Below the pieces are notes generated by a model. The model was given only the letters and a program-made list of their open reading frames with translations, ran no database searches and had not been told where the DNA came from. From Enoplolaimus lenunculus (Eukaryota), in assembly GCA_030248215.1 (NCBI GenBank), contig JASANG010001329.1:434001-498000 (forward strand): a DNA stretch of 64,000 nucleotides. Reading direction: 5' to 3'. Position 1 is the first letter of the stretch; every line of letters starts with the position of its first letter. This document shows positions 45,801-58,120 of the stretch, piece by piece. Made by a program: the position numbers and the translations under genes.

Positions 45801-48800
45801 ACACTGGGGGTCCTTGGGTTGTGAGGCGAATGAGTATAGGTAGATGATCGGATGACAGTGTGGTTTCCGTGTACCATTCGCATGTCATTGCCCAGTCCTT
45901 ATGCACTAGTGTTATATCGGGAGAGCTGGGGCTTTGGTCTTTGGGGACCCTGGTTTGTGCTTTCGTATTCAGGACAACGTAATTTGATGAACCAAATTCA
46001 TCAGCCATTTCGGCCCCTCTGGCATTTTCCTCAGCCTGTGATTCCCACAGTTTGTGGTGTGCATTAATGTCACCACCTATGATGCCATGGCAGCTCTGCA
46101 ACGGGGGCCCAAGTGTGGCTTTGAAACCATTGGTGCAGCTTGAGCTGGGAGGTACATATATATGCAGACAACATCAAAGGTACCTTGCTTCAGCACTAGC
46201 GAGGCTCCGATCGATTCAGTGTGCTGGCTGTTTGGAATTGGGTCACTCATCTTTTTGAATGGTATTGATTCATGTATGAGTAGAGCAACTCCACCGCCGT
46301 TGTTGTTCCTGTCCTTCCTGAGCAGAGTGTACCCCGGGAAGGGTGGGTCTTTTACTTGCTCGGACAGTTTTGTTTCTTGGAGCATAACAACCTTCACATC
46401 TTTGTCGACGATGGAGCGATGTAGTTCGTCGGCTCTTCTTCTGAGACCGTTGATATTGAATTGTAACATCAGGATACCATGGTTATTATGCCCTTGCCTC
46501 GTAGGTGCCGGTTGAGATTGCGCTGTATGAGGTTGATTGTTGAGATTCATGCATACCGGGCAAACGAACTTGTTGTTATAGGCACTGATGTTCGGGAGAT
46601 TTGAGCACGACTTTTTGATGTGCACCCATTCTTTGCATTGATTGCAGAGGCAGGAGCCGCGATAACTGGATTTTTTGCATGTGGGGCAATTGTACATGGG
46701 GCCTGGATGGGGGTGAATTCCAGCCATGACTAGAAGTAGTAGGAGCAACCAGGCTGGAAGGGGATGCTCCTCACCCAAAAACCCGACTGACGATTGATGG
46801 AGGGGGGTGTAGCAGCCATTGGTCCGTCCATGGAAACCATTTCCGGAGTGTCTGTGGTACGTAGAACCTGCTGCTGTGACAGACGGTACACTACGTTACG
46901 ACGTATTGTGTGTGACCATTAGAAAAGAAATTGATTATGTGCGTTCTACTTACGTACCTAATTCCTAGTTGGAAGATACGTAGCGCAGAATGGCTATGTG
47001 AAATAGATTTCATCAGTATAGTATGCAAACCTTGACAATCGCCGAAAATAAATCACAGAATGTAGATTTCGCTTCATGGGATGTATTATTCGTTTTCCTG
47101 ATCCGTTTCCGGTAAATTTTTCAAATTCCGGCTTCCGTAAATTGCCATTCCGGTTGCACCCTGTCTGTGGCATTCAAATACGTACATATCATACATTTAC
47201 GTACCTATAATATTGTATGACATACCTATACATCATACGTAGGTACCAGGGATCCAACAGGAACTAAATTTTGCCGGAACAGGAACAGGAATTGAATTTT
47301 TATGCAGGGACCGGGAGAGGAACAGGATCCGGAATTTGAAATAATTTTCATTACCGGATTACTTTGGACTTCTTAAAAACCTGCCAAAAATGGCTTAAGC
47401 GAATTTTCAGCTATTTAATCCTCAGGCTTTGCGAAAAACAACGGAAACGGTTTATTAACAAAATGGAAGTAAATGGAAAAATACTCATGTCGAAATAACA
47501 ATTTTTTAACACAAAGTTTCCAATATTTAAGTGATTAGGCATAATTTAATACAAAACCATAAAACTTCCGGTTCCTTCATCTTTGAATACAAAAACAAGA
47601 ACAGGAATTGAGTTTTTGCAGGAATTTCTGTTCAATCCTGGTAGGTACTCTTACTGGCCTTCGTTTTTCATTACGGGAGAGCGTTTTAAACAGATACGTT
47701 ATTCAGCATTAAGGATAGTGTGTATGTTTCAAGTTTGCGGATGTGGATTTTTGGGCTTAAGTTTATGCTTACAGATCAGGGATGGGCGGTCTCGGGATTT
47801 TGTCCGGTCTCGGTCTTGCTTTTTTCAGTCTCGTTGGTTTGCAAACCGGAACCAAAGAAGTGAAAAAGCGATAAGCAATCAAAAAATTTCCCTTAGATCG
47901 CTGCTTATGCCCGGAAGTACTTGCGCATTTCGCCTACCAACACAAACAGCGGACGATTGTAGAGCACCGCTACATGTTATACAGCGATTTGAGAAACTGG
48001 ATGACCCCTCTGGTTACATAAAATCTATTTTTGAAAGGAAACCCAAAACACTTTGATTCTGTTGTGACAAAGCACAAATAGTTGCACTTTCGCGTGTAAA
48101 ATATTTTAGACGTTTAAAAAATTATGGGTCATCCGGATTTACAACGACACGCTATGTTAAGAAGGTTTTCTAGTCTATTCAGTTTGCCCGAGAGAAAAAA
48201 CAACACTATAGCTTTGAATTAGGAATTGTACCGAGGGTGTTTTCGAAAGGTGTGGCGACAGTAGTCAAGTGAAAAATAAAGTAAAAATAAGTTTTGGCGG
48301 CGATTTATTAGTTTAGAATTTAGATGTATGAAGCGGCAATTCAAAGCAGATAAAATATTCAAAAGTTTTGTTAAAAATCTTATTTTAATTTTCGGTAACT
48401 GTTAAAAATTCACCGAGACTGAGACCACAAATCTCGGTCTCGGTGTTGGTAGGTTGATTCTCGGTCTCGCTTTTTTGACCGAGACCGCTCACCACTGCCT
48501 CTAATACGGATGTTTTTCAAATGCTCATTTCCAAGCTTTCAAGTTTGTTCGCTACGAAATTACACGTTTTAATGTTCAGGCACATTAATGTGTTTGAACT
48601 TTTTATGAAAAATATGGCAACACAGCCCAATCCGCAGCTGCTGCACAGGAAGCTGCAACACTGTCGAAGGCTTCCTTGTGTAAATTTTGACATATACTTA
48701 TGTAGCAAAAGTTCAACTGTTTAAGAGCAGCTTTCGTGATAGGACGGGCGAGAGGTGGCTGTATACATATACACGATGACTCTGTCTTTTTTATATACGT

Positions 48801-51363
48801 TGCCTGGAAATCGAGGTTAAAGTCAGCGTTTTGTCTCTGTGTAAATTTTTAAAATTATGCGGAAAAACGTTCAACTACTAAACATCAGCTTTAACGGAAA
48901 GACAGGAGATGGGTGATGGGATATGTGATGTCTGGCTTCATGTCCGCATCCTGGAAACCGATTTGGGGTTAAGGTCATCTACATAATCATTTACCTGGTT
49001 GAGTAGGCTCTAAGCAACTAATTGCAAATACAACAGTTACTTTGAAAAGCGACCGTTTGGATAAATTCATTTGTAATAAACTATTTTACTTATGGTATTT
49101 TTGCAATACCCGTCGCCAGGGCAGGGTGGCACCGACTCCACGATTTGACCGAATCCGAATCCTGCATATTGCAAATTTCAGATATATCTATAATTTGTTT
49201 CAGAGTATCAACGTAATGCTAGCCGTATAACTTTTAATACGTTAATATATTTCGTCCCGACGTCAGTTCAGAGATTTCTCACCTGAAATAAAAAATATTC
49301 ATTTTTATAGCAAGGTATTTAAAAATTTTATTGCTTAAAAATGAAAAACATAGTGCCGAACTTTGTTGGATTCAGCTTTTCCACAACCGAATCCGAATCC
49401 GAACCTCAAATTTTTGCCGAATCCGAATTCCAACCTTTGTTGCCACCCTGCACCAGGGTGTAACCGGAATTACAATTTACCGGAACCGGAAAAAAAATAC
49501 ATGGCACCGAAAAATTCATTTCAATGTGGGATGTGCCGATTAATCGGCATCGGTAATAATCGGCAGTTTTCGTGAGTATCGGCACTGCAAAAAAATGTCG
49601 ATTCTTTGCCGATACTTTTTGCACATATAACAATAACAGTCAGTTGGAATGATATCAATTTCATTTCAGGGCACATATCTGGAGTCTGGTCTAGAAAACT
49701 GTTATCTCTTTTGCGTTTGTGTCGATAAAATTTATTGAAATGAACCGTTCTTATAAAATTCTAATCGTTTATAATGATGAAGGTTTAATTCATCCTATAA
49801 TGATGTAATGTAGTATACTATCTGTTTATTAAGCACGGTGTACTAAACGTGGAATCGGCAAAACTTTTGGTATCGGCACATCCCTAATTTGAATTTTCTT
49901 TTTTGTAATATTATTTGTTAAATAACCCTAGCTGGAGATAGGTATGCACTTTATCGCCTTAGATTTTTATAAGCCACGGAATATGCGTATAGTTTTATAG
50001 TTTCCGGCTGCCATTGTTAACGGAATTTCCTAAATCAGGCTGTAGTGTTGCATATGTAATATATCCTTAATATTTCTTTCTTACTCCATTAGGCTGCTCA
50101 ACAAGCCCGTATTCTTCGGCGATGTTATCGCGACAGCTATCAAACAATCCTTTGAAAACCGACCCGAAGCTGAATTCAATATGCGTGCAATCGCCTAATA
50201 TTATCACAGACGACGCTAATCCAATCATGTATGTTGCAACAAAAAAATTTAACGATCAGCCATCACTATTGGTTGTACCTGATGATGATGATGTTGTTCA
50301 AGCATCAACTGGCGCAGTTATGTCAGAGGCACATGAAATTTTGGTTGCGGATTATTGCGGTGATTACGTTAAACCCGTGGACCAAAACCATTATGAAACT
50401 GACGTGGGAGAATGTTCTGTTATTGGTCAGCCGGATAGTGGGGGCAACGAAATAGCGTCAATTTCAAAAGAATGTGCCGGAGTTCGGGATCACACGTACA
50501 ACAGCAATGCTTTGCCCCTAACATGGGTAAATCGGGAGATTTTAGTCGGGGCGCCAAGTACTGGTTCGGTGGTGCCTACAACTATTGATTGTGCGAATGT
50601 TAATAGTTATTCGTCAGGCGTTCAGTTTTCAGAATCTCGAATAGGGGTTGAACAAAACAGTACAACTGATGACATCGGCCGTTGTAATTCTCCTGAGTTC
50701 AATATATTGTCGGCGGTGTGTGCCGATGAGATTGAACAAATCAGAACAACTGTTGACGTCGGTGGTTGCAATTCTCCTAATTTCAATATATTGTCGCCGG
50801 TGTGTGCCGAAGATCGGCAAGTAGCACCTGGTGAGTCTGCGTCAAGCCCTGCTCCGTCATCGAACACGACGTACGAGTATTCCTTATGCATCGATAATAC
50901 ATCGTCAAACACAAAATGCCAAAATCACTCAAAGTATTTTAATAATTTTGTTGGTGTCAAAATTCAAAATAGCGCAACATCTAACGTCAAAGCAATGAGT
51001 TATGAGCGATGTTCTGCAAGGGAAACATCAGACCAAAACACAACGCAGTCGGGTTTAGCTCGATCGTACAACAAACAACCGCTGGCTGTGGTTGAAACTA
51101 AAGAATATCAAGATCGCCGTCAGCGAAACAATGTTGCTGTTCGCAAAAGTCGTGAACGTTCAAAGCAAAAGCATTTAGCGATGAGTGCGCGATTGCGGCA
51201 ATTGGAGCACGACAACAGAGCACTCAAGCTACGACTAGCTTATTCAGAAGAAAAATCGAAATTGTTCAAAAAACTGCTGGCGCAGATTTTAAGTAAACAC
51301 AATTCGGCGGCCAGTTTCCGTATGAAACCAGTTCAAAATCGAATTGATCGAATGAGTAGTTAA
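42873..51363 (+). CDS. cebp-1: C/EBP-family bZIP transcription factor; join(42873..42948,50093..51363), 448 aa (exon 1 less certain)
   Basis: C-terminal EYQDRRQRNNVAVRKSRERSK basic region plus leucine zipper. Pyrimidine-rich acceptor at 50092. The upstream donor CAA G|gtaaat at 42948 matches the phase-1 acceptor and gives an open frame. Specific orthology to cebp-1 is presumed. Confidence 0.85.
43013..46778 (-). pseudogene. Retrotransposon single ORF (PHD-APE-RT) broken by at least four frameshifts and one insertion
   Basis: ORF pieces 46077-46778, 45583-46101, 44522-45502, 44200-44709, 43547-44236 and 43013-43256 continue one polyprotein in different frames. Confidence 0.9.
43257..43647. 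mobile_element. hAT-like MITE inserted in the retrotransposon ORF
   Basis: TIR CAGGGTGCAACCGGAATT / AATTCCGGTTGCACCCTG and perfect 8-bp TSD CACGGGGT; removing it restores EEKDLPRETRCTLSQLRSG. Confidence 0.93.
46811..46884 (-). ncRNA. Predicted HDV-like self-cleaving ribozyme at the 5' end of the retrotransposon
   Basis: Manual fold: P1 GUCUGU/ACAGAC; P2 AGCAGCA/UG(G)CUGCU; P3 GGU/ACC; L3 UCUACGU; P4 UCCG...CGGA; J4/2 CCAA. G1 directly abuts the TSD. P1.1 is weak. Confidence 0.7.
47247..47640. mobile_element. hAT-like MITE
   Basis: CAGG...CCTG termini with a perfect 8-bp TSD GTAGGTAC; internal ACAGGA subrepeats. Confidence 0.75.
47777..48497. mobile_element. hAT-like MITE with GGTCTC subterminal repeats
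   Basis: CAGGGATGGGCGGTCTCGG...CCGAGACCGCTCACCACTG imperfect TIRs; no clear TSD. Confidence 0.55.
49526..49886. mobile_element. hAT-like MITE (GGATGTGCCGAT TIR) nested in a CAGGGTG-family MITE
   Basis: TIR GGGATGTGCCGAT / ATCGGCACATCCC, near-perfect 8-bp TSD ATTTCAAT/ATTTGAAT; second copy at 51916-52267. Confidence 0.7.
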
Positions 51364-51915
51364 ATATTAAAAGTAATAAGGTTGTCGTGGACGTAGCCAG
51401 GATTTTAGAAGCGTACATTCCTCAAAATTTTCGAAAATGGTTTGTGGTGTTACAAACTAAAACTATCTCTTCATAAAAAATCTCAAAGGAATGTTCCTTA
51501 ATACACTCCTAGCTACGCCCTTGTTTGTTAGTTTTTTAATATATTGCTTTATTGTGTCAGTTTAATGACATGGCTTGTGTAGAATTGTTTTATTTATGAT
51601 TTTTGTATTGTGATTGAAGTTATGTGCTTTGAAATTTTGTGATAGTATCTAGCAGGGTTTATTTTTTCTAGAAAAAATTGAATCGACCGGAACAACGGTT
51701 TATTCCGTTTTTCGGAAAAAGCGGAAAACGCATGATGATATGCTTACTACGTACGCACACTACACTACAGAGCTGTCATATACCTAGACAGGGGCGTATG
51801 CCAACTAATGTGGCCATACACTTCGGGATTGAGCCTGACAAAAAAAACTGCAGACGGGATTTGTAGTTTTATGGATATACGAAAAATGAAATTAATCAGA
51901 AGTTAGAATCCGAAC

Positions 51916-52267
51916 TAAGGATGTGCCGATTAATCGGCATCGGTAATAATCAGCACTTTTAGGGAGTATCGGCATCGCCACTGCAAAGAAATGGCCGATT
52001 CTTTGCCGATACTTTTTGCACATAACAGTCAGTTGGAGTGTTATCAGTTTCATTTTCTTGCATTTGTGTTTGAAAAGATTAATTGAAATTAACCGTTCTT
52101 ATGAAATTATAATCGTTTATGATGGTTAGGGTTTAAGCCTTCATATAATAACGTAATGTAGTATTCTATTTGCTTATTAAGCATGGTGTATTAAACTTGG
52201 CTTCGGCATCGGCAAAATTTTAAAATAAATCGGCATCGGCAAAAATTTTGGTATCGGCACATCCTTA
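51916..52267. mobile_element. hAT-like MITE, second copy of 49526-49886
   Basis: TAAGGATGTGCCGAT / ATCGGCACATCCTTA termini; colinear similarity to the first copy. Confidence 0.7.
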
Positions 52268-53016
52268 TTCCGAAATAAACGCTGCGTATATCTGCAATAA
52301 ATGTTGCGTCAAAGAGAAGCAGCAAAAATCTCAAATAGATATAGCAATGACTTTAAAATGAAAGTATTATATAGTAATAGGGACGCAACTGAAATTCAGG
52401 TTTGATTAGGAAGCTATTTGTAAAGCATACTTTTTAGCACCGTAGCACTGCTGTGACGAGAGGAGACAGCTCTACGTACCCTGCATCAACCTCGGAGTAG
52501 CCATCGTAACTTTAATAAAGTGTAGTTGAATTTAGAACCTCTAAACAAGTGTTCCTGGTCTTTCCTGATGTTGAGGAGAGGCATGTATCCCTCGATTTCT
52601 CCAAGCGGATCCAAAGATCGAACCAAGATGTTGTATTTAAAGGTTTAGCTCTGAAATGTCGTATGGCTTCTGGCTCGCTTCGCTCGCGAGTGCTTCCACT
52701 TTATCTTGTGCGATCCCTAGCCTTCGCGATGACAGGAGCGTGAGAAAAACCTAATTCTCCCGGTTTCCGCGGTGTTTTGTCGATGTTTTGCAAGTAATTT
52801 ACTGACTAATATTACGATAAAAAAGTTTTTTTGTTTTTCCACCCCTCTGAAAAAACCGTTTTTCTGTTGGTTTTTTTGGTTCCCAACAATGGTATCGAGT
52901 AGGCCTTGAAAACAAAGTCTAGAAAACGCTGTACTGGGTGGTCGGGCTTTTGTTCTGAAAAGTGCTGAACTAGAATTGTCCCCGGTTCAAACTTTCCCAT
53001 TCGTGATTTCACCCCT

Positions 53017-54937
53017 ACTGAGTGACCCGAATAAGAGGGGGAACTGATATTTATTTGGCCTCTCCAGAGGGTACTCCCCCTTGTTATTCGGTTACGGACT
53101 GTTATTTATTTTTAACTCACGCTCCGCCGCCCTTCGTTACTGATGTATATCCGGTACTGCAATTATCTGTTCAATTAAACGTTTATTTGTCTTGTGTCAA
53201 TAGCTTGAGCAATAAAGCAAGGTTATACTTAGGAATGCACTTTCAAATTTTAAGTACGCTTTAAAGTAAATTATTTGGTCCTGGAGCCATTTATGCGCTA
53301 CAATTGAGGATAATTGATATTTATGAACTCTGCATACGGTTTAGGGACTCTATCCGCTTACGGATTCTTATTAGGGATACGGACTCCTATTGATTGAGAC
53401 TCAAAATGCGGACCCCTTCTTATTCAAGGGGGGTTCACGTTATAACCGGGGCAGCTTGGGACACGTTTTGTCCCTATTAGACTATTGGGTAACATTTTGT
53501 CTGCTAATAGACTCTATATTATATTCAAGAAGTCGTATTTGTCTGCTATCGCCATGTGTAGGTCACCTGTCCTTCAATATCATATGATATTCTACTATTG
53601 TCAGCGAATATCATTGATATGTTTTCAAATGTCTGCACACTTGAGGTAATATACCAAAATTGTCCTGTTGAATATCATATGATACTGGAATTTGAAATTG
53701 GAATTTTTGAATTATGGCACTGTTTCTCTAATCGATTTTGAGTCGGAAATGGCTGTTAAGACGAGTATTTAGTATTTTAATCACATCTGTGCCTCTGCCG
53801 TCCGATTTTCCGTTAATCTATTTGCAACCGAAGATTACACTGTCCCATTGAATATCATATGGTATTCGCTGTAATTTTGGAATATCATATGATATTCGGA
53901 TAAATGTCCGCTAGTTTCATGTGACGTACCGACTCTTGTACACATTGTTCTTGTGAGAGCGGTGGTTTGTAAGTAAATGTCGTATGACATTCGTGTTTTT
54001 TCTGTTAACCCGATATGAGTGCTCGAATTTTAACGTTGACGTCGAATCGACATGGGACAAGCCGTGTCCCGCCTGCCCCGGTTATAACGTGAATCCCGCA
54101 TTAGGAATGTACTTTCAAAATCTAAGTACGCTTTAAAGTTTCGAACTCAAATCATTTGGTCCTGGACTCATTTATGCGCTACAATTAGGGTTAATTGACA
54201 TTTATGAACTCTAGCGCTTAGGGACTCTATCCGCTTACGGACTATTATTAGGGATACGGACTCCAATTGATTCGGACTCAAAATGGAAACCCACCTCTTA
54301 TTCGGGTCAATACAGTACCAATATATGAGTAATATGCTTATCCTGCCGACCTTTATTCGCACTAATTGTGCCGAAGTTCCTTTGTTTAGGTGCTTTCCGC
54401 ACGTCCACTACGATAACCTTAAGCTGTTGTTCCACTAAGTCACAAGCTCACACTGTAAAATCTCCGTAAAACCCCAAATAACGGTACAAAATCCCCAAGT
54501 AATCTCCGAAAACAAGCCGAAACTAGCCCCGCTAGATTCGACTAACCCCAGAACAACTCCAAATATCCCGTAATCTAGAATCTAACCTACTTAATAGACC
54601 CACCAGAAACCTGGACGCCCCTTAATGTAACATGGGCCCGTTCAATTAAACGTATATTACTCTTGCGTCAATAGCTTGAGCGATCATGCAAGGTTATACT
54701 TTAGGATTGTACTTTCGAAATTTAAGTATAATGCCTCAAAGATTCGAACTCAATTTTATTTGGTCCTGGAGTCATTACGCACTACAATTATGAATAACTG
54801 ACCTTTATGGACTCTAAATAGCATTTAGGGCACTATCCGGTTACGGACTCTTATTAGGAATAAAGACTCCAATTGATTGGGAGTCAAAATGAGACCCCTT
54901 CTTATTACCCCACACCTTCTTATTCGGGTCACTACAG
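53017..54937. mobile_element. Cluster of CTGTAGTGACCCG-family MITE copies (53017-53425, 54100-54316, 54640-54937) around a separate TIR element at 53428-54099
   Basis: Similarity to 1161-1600, 14789-15215 and 25975-26360. The middle element has a ~38-bp TIR GGTTCACGTTATAACCGGGGCAG / CTGCCCCGGTTATAACGTGAATCC. Confidence 0.7.
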
Positions 54938-55164
54938 TATCCATGTTATATAACCACCGCTCTTGCATGGTTGCATGGGATTTGTCCGTAAAGACAATAG
55001 TTTTGTCGGTAAAAATTATTTCACCACGCTCAAGGTTTTTTTACTGGTAGCCAGCTTAACCTCGAGCATTAAGAAAAATCTTAAATATGGTTTAGAACCA
55101 GTGTGTAACCAGATATCTGTTTCTAGAAAAATTGCGGATATGCTGCTATGTTCGAACTGAAATA

Positions 55165-56385
55165 AAAATTACGAAATTCATCCAAAATGTTAAAAATTTC
55201 GATGCATCCGCCATTTTTTCTTTAAAATTTTGGAAAGCCTAGTGAATATTTGCGCGCCTCAATTGTGTTGGAAGAAAAATAAAACGTTTTTGAAATTTTT
55301 ATACTCCAATATTCGTTTCCATTTAAGTTATTTTGATCACTATCCGTTTCCGTTACGCACAACTACTGGAAGTCGTTTTAAAAAGTATGGCAAAATGATC
55401 ACAAAACATTGGCTCTGTAGTGCATTCACATGAAACAAGTGTTTGATTGAAGTGATTTTATGCCATGGTTTTTGACCAACGTTCTGTTTTCAGACTTCGT
55501 CTGTGCTTCAGCAGACACGTACGTAGTCAAGTTCTTACGTGTTTAATGCTAGCGTTAGTTTATCAATTGTACTACGCTGTGAGTCGAAATACGTAGTCAA
55601 ACACTTGCGTAGTTACTGCGGTTCATTTGTCAACGGCTTGTCTCTGACCCTTGGTATAGTTCCCTTTCCTGCTCTGCGCAGCTGGGAGTTAGCCTACCAG
55701 TTCGTTACACTGTTGGTACCCTGTGCATAAGTATGCGGATACTTGCATATTTTCTGAGAATCTGCTATTTTTGCGCCCTAGCATTTACTTCACGCAATTT
55801 CTTCCAGTTATGATTTGATTTTATGAGTAACAAGTTGTGGTGTTTTGTTATGCTGACTGAAACAATAAATTTTAAGCAAAACACTGTCATTGGAGCTATG
55901 AATCCGTCAGTTTCACCGCCTCCTGTAAAATTTAGTTTCGCTTGTGATAAGCAACCGCTCTTCCATTCTTGGCTGCAGTACCGGTAAAAGCGCCCTCCAA
56001 ACCCCCAATTGGGTGGCCCCACTTTGGCAAACAATTTTTTTTTCGCTCGCTCCCAAATTAGAGTTGTGAAACATTTTATTGGGGCCTTTTCGGACCTGTT
56101 TGGAGGGCGCGACTCTCTTAACACCGGCCGTTCTTGGCTATACTGAAACGCTTTCTGTTGCAACCACATCAAACAAAGCTGTCATGTCGACCTGTTAACC
56201 TGGACTATGCCAAAAATCGACTTCTGGCTATCACAGAATTTTGTCGGTAACTTCGTCGGCGAAATTTCTCATGTTTTTAACAGTATAAATATGTCCGTAG
56301 TGTTTCACCGGTCTTTCAAAGATTTCAAAGAAAAAATGGTGGATGCATCGAAATTTTTATGATTTTGGATGAATTTCGTAATTCT
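55165..56385. mobile_element. Old foldback/TIR DNA element remnant
   Basis: About 70-bp imperfect inverted repeats (TACGAAATTCATCCAAAAT...GATGCATCC) at about 55165-55240 and 56310-56385. Confidence 0.5.
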
Positions 56386-58120
56386 TAAATCAGGTACATG
56401 CTAAGAAGTTTATTATTGTCGTGACAAATGCAGCTTCATATTATACAACTGGAACTTTGTTCAATTTTTTGTGTTTTATTATCATTGAAAAGCAAGTTAC
56501 CCAAAAATTGTTGGATTTTGAAATTTTTTTGCATTGAACTTCTGATTACCACACCTAATCATCCACTCTGAAATTTGAATTTTTGCAAAATTCGATTTTT
56601 AAGGTTCCAAGATCAGCCCTTGGGACCAAGATGTACCGGATATAAGTTTTCGTTTTCAGTAGAAATCGGTGTCTGTTTCTGTTATATAGAAATACCGGAA
56701 ATTTTGATTACTTTTATGTCAAAATTAGTTTAATTCACGTATATCTGGGTACAACAGGAGGTTTGCCTCCAGTTACGGCTCCGGTAGAATTTGCAATTTA
56801 GATAGTAAAATTTTGCATAATTTTGCAAAATTTATCTGTTTACCACCTTTTCTTTTAGTTTTGTCACAATTTTCAGGAATGAATTGCCCAAATTTCGCAG
56901 AAAATTAGCGTAAAACCAAACAACGTAACAATAATATTGTAGATATTGGCTAAAATTAACAAATTAACCACCATTTTTACTAAATAAAATTTCGCCTTAT
57001 CTCCGGCTCCGACACCGGCTCTGACATGGTTCGTTGACCTCTGGTGCCGGTATTTTTCGCCTCCGGTTGCGCCATGACGTATATATCTCGCAATTTTTCA
57101 TTATTCATTACAAATATACGATATGAAATAAAAATTACGATATTCAATTCCTAAAAGTTTTGTGCATCAGCTATACTTTCTTTAAAATGAAAGCCCGGTG
57201 AATATTTGCATGGTGCAGTTGTGTCGGCAGAAAAGTAAAACATCTTTGAACCTGGCCCATGACGATAAAAGGTCGTCAGATTGTCCCGGGACAGCAATAT
57301 ACCGAGAGTGCAAACATATGTTTACATATGCACAGCCAAATATGTATAATATATAAAAATATACATATATATGTACATAAGTATACTGAGAATGTGGTCT
57401 AGTAGGGGCAGTTTTAAGTTTTCTCGAGGTGAGAGGGTTGCAGCCCACTTATCCACCAGTTTCAAGGGACGTTGAAGCTGAATAGGCCCGCTGTCCCAAC
57501 TGTCCTACTATCCCAACGGTCCCCGCTGTCCCAACTGTCTCATTGCGCAACTCTCCCGCTGTCGCAACCGGCCCGCCATGCTAAGTCTCATGGTGTTCCA
57601 ATAATCATTCGATGCAACTTGCAGAGCTCAGCAGGGTACGATAAAATTTTCTGTAACCAGATGTTTCGTTAACAACTTGTTGTCGAATAACTGACTGGCA
57701 GGCTACCGGCGACTATGGATCAGCACCAAATTAGTTATTTGAAAATCACTCGTTAGCCAGACGGCTGATTACGGTAAATTTATACGCTATTCATCACACC
57801 TCTGCAAGCTGCGTCCAGTGGTATATAAGTTGTCCAACTTTTTGTCAATGAAAATTTTTGTGTCTGATTGGTATTTTGGGACCCTAAAAATCGCTTGTTT
57901 ATATGGGACAACGGCAAATCGGCTTGTTTGTGCTTATGCAGATTGGATGCTATGTTTTCTGGTTGCTGAGAAACGAATCAAACGCTGGAAAAAGGAAGTT
58001 TGAGGGTATTTTGAGCACAGTTCTGTGAAGATTCTATGTTTGAAAACAGGATAGTTTGGTGAATTTTTGGAATAGCAACAGCTTACATTGTTCTACTGTG
58101 CGATGTAAAGAACAATCTTA

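Larger units (their letters stand above)
42988..46884 (-). mobile_element. Full-length Vingi/Ingi-type non-LTR retrotransposon (2A-like peptide, PHD, APE, RT, C-terminal zinc motif), inactivated by frameshifts and a MITE insertion
   Basis: 13-bp TSD GGTACACTACGTT at 42975-42987 and 46885-46897. (CAA)n tail. APE motifs (QFNINGL, LQETKL, GGDINAH, SPDIT, SDHLPI), RT motifs (FRPVSLLS, DLAKAFDTV, GVPQG, YADD) and C-terminal QLRSG...CNLC...HLFQC. No RNase H is visible. Confidence 0.93.

Noticed and set aside
44718..46515. Plus-strand ORFs within the retrotransposon (and antisense ORFs over the kinase, C/EBP and IR-like genes)
   Set aside because: Shadow ORFs of real coding sequence on the opposite strand.
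47583..48056. 157-aa ORF in the C/EBP intron
   Set aside because: It runs across two adjacent MITEs and has no domain features.
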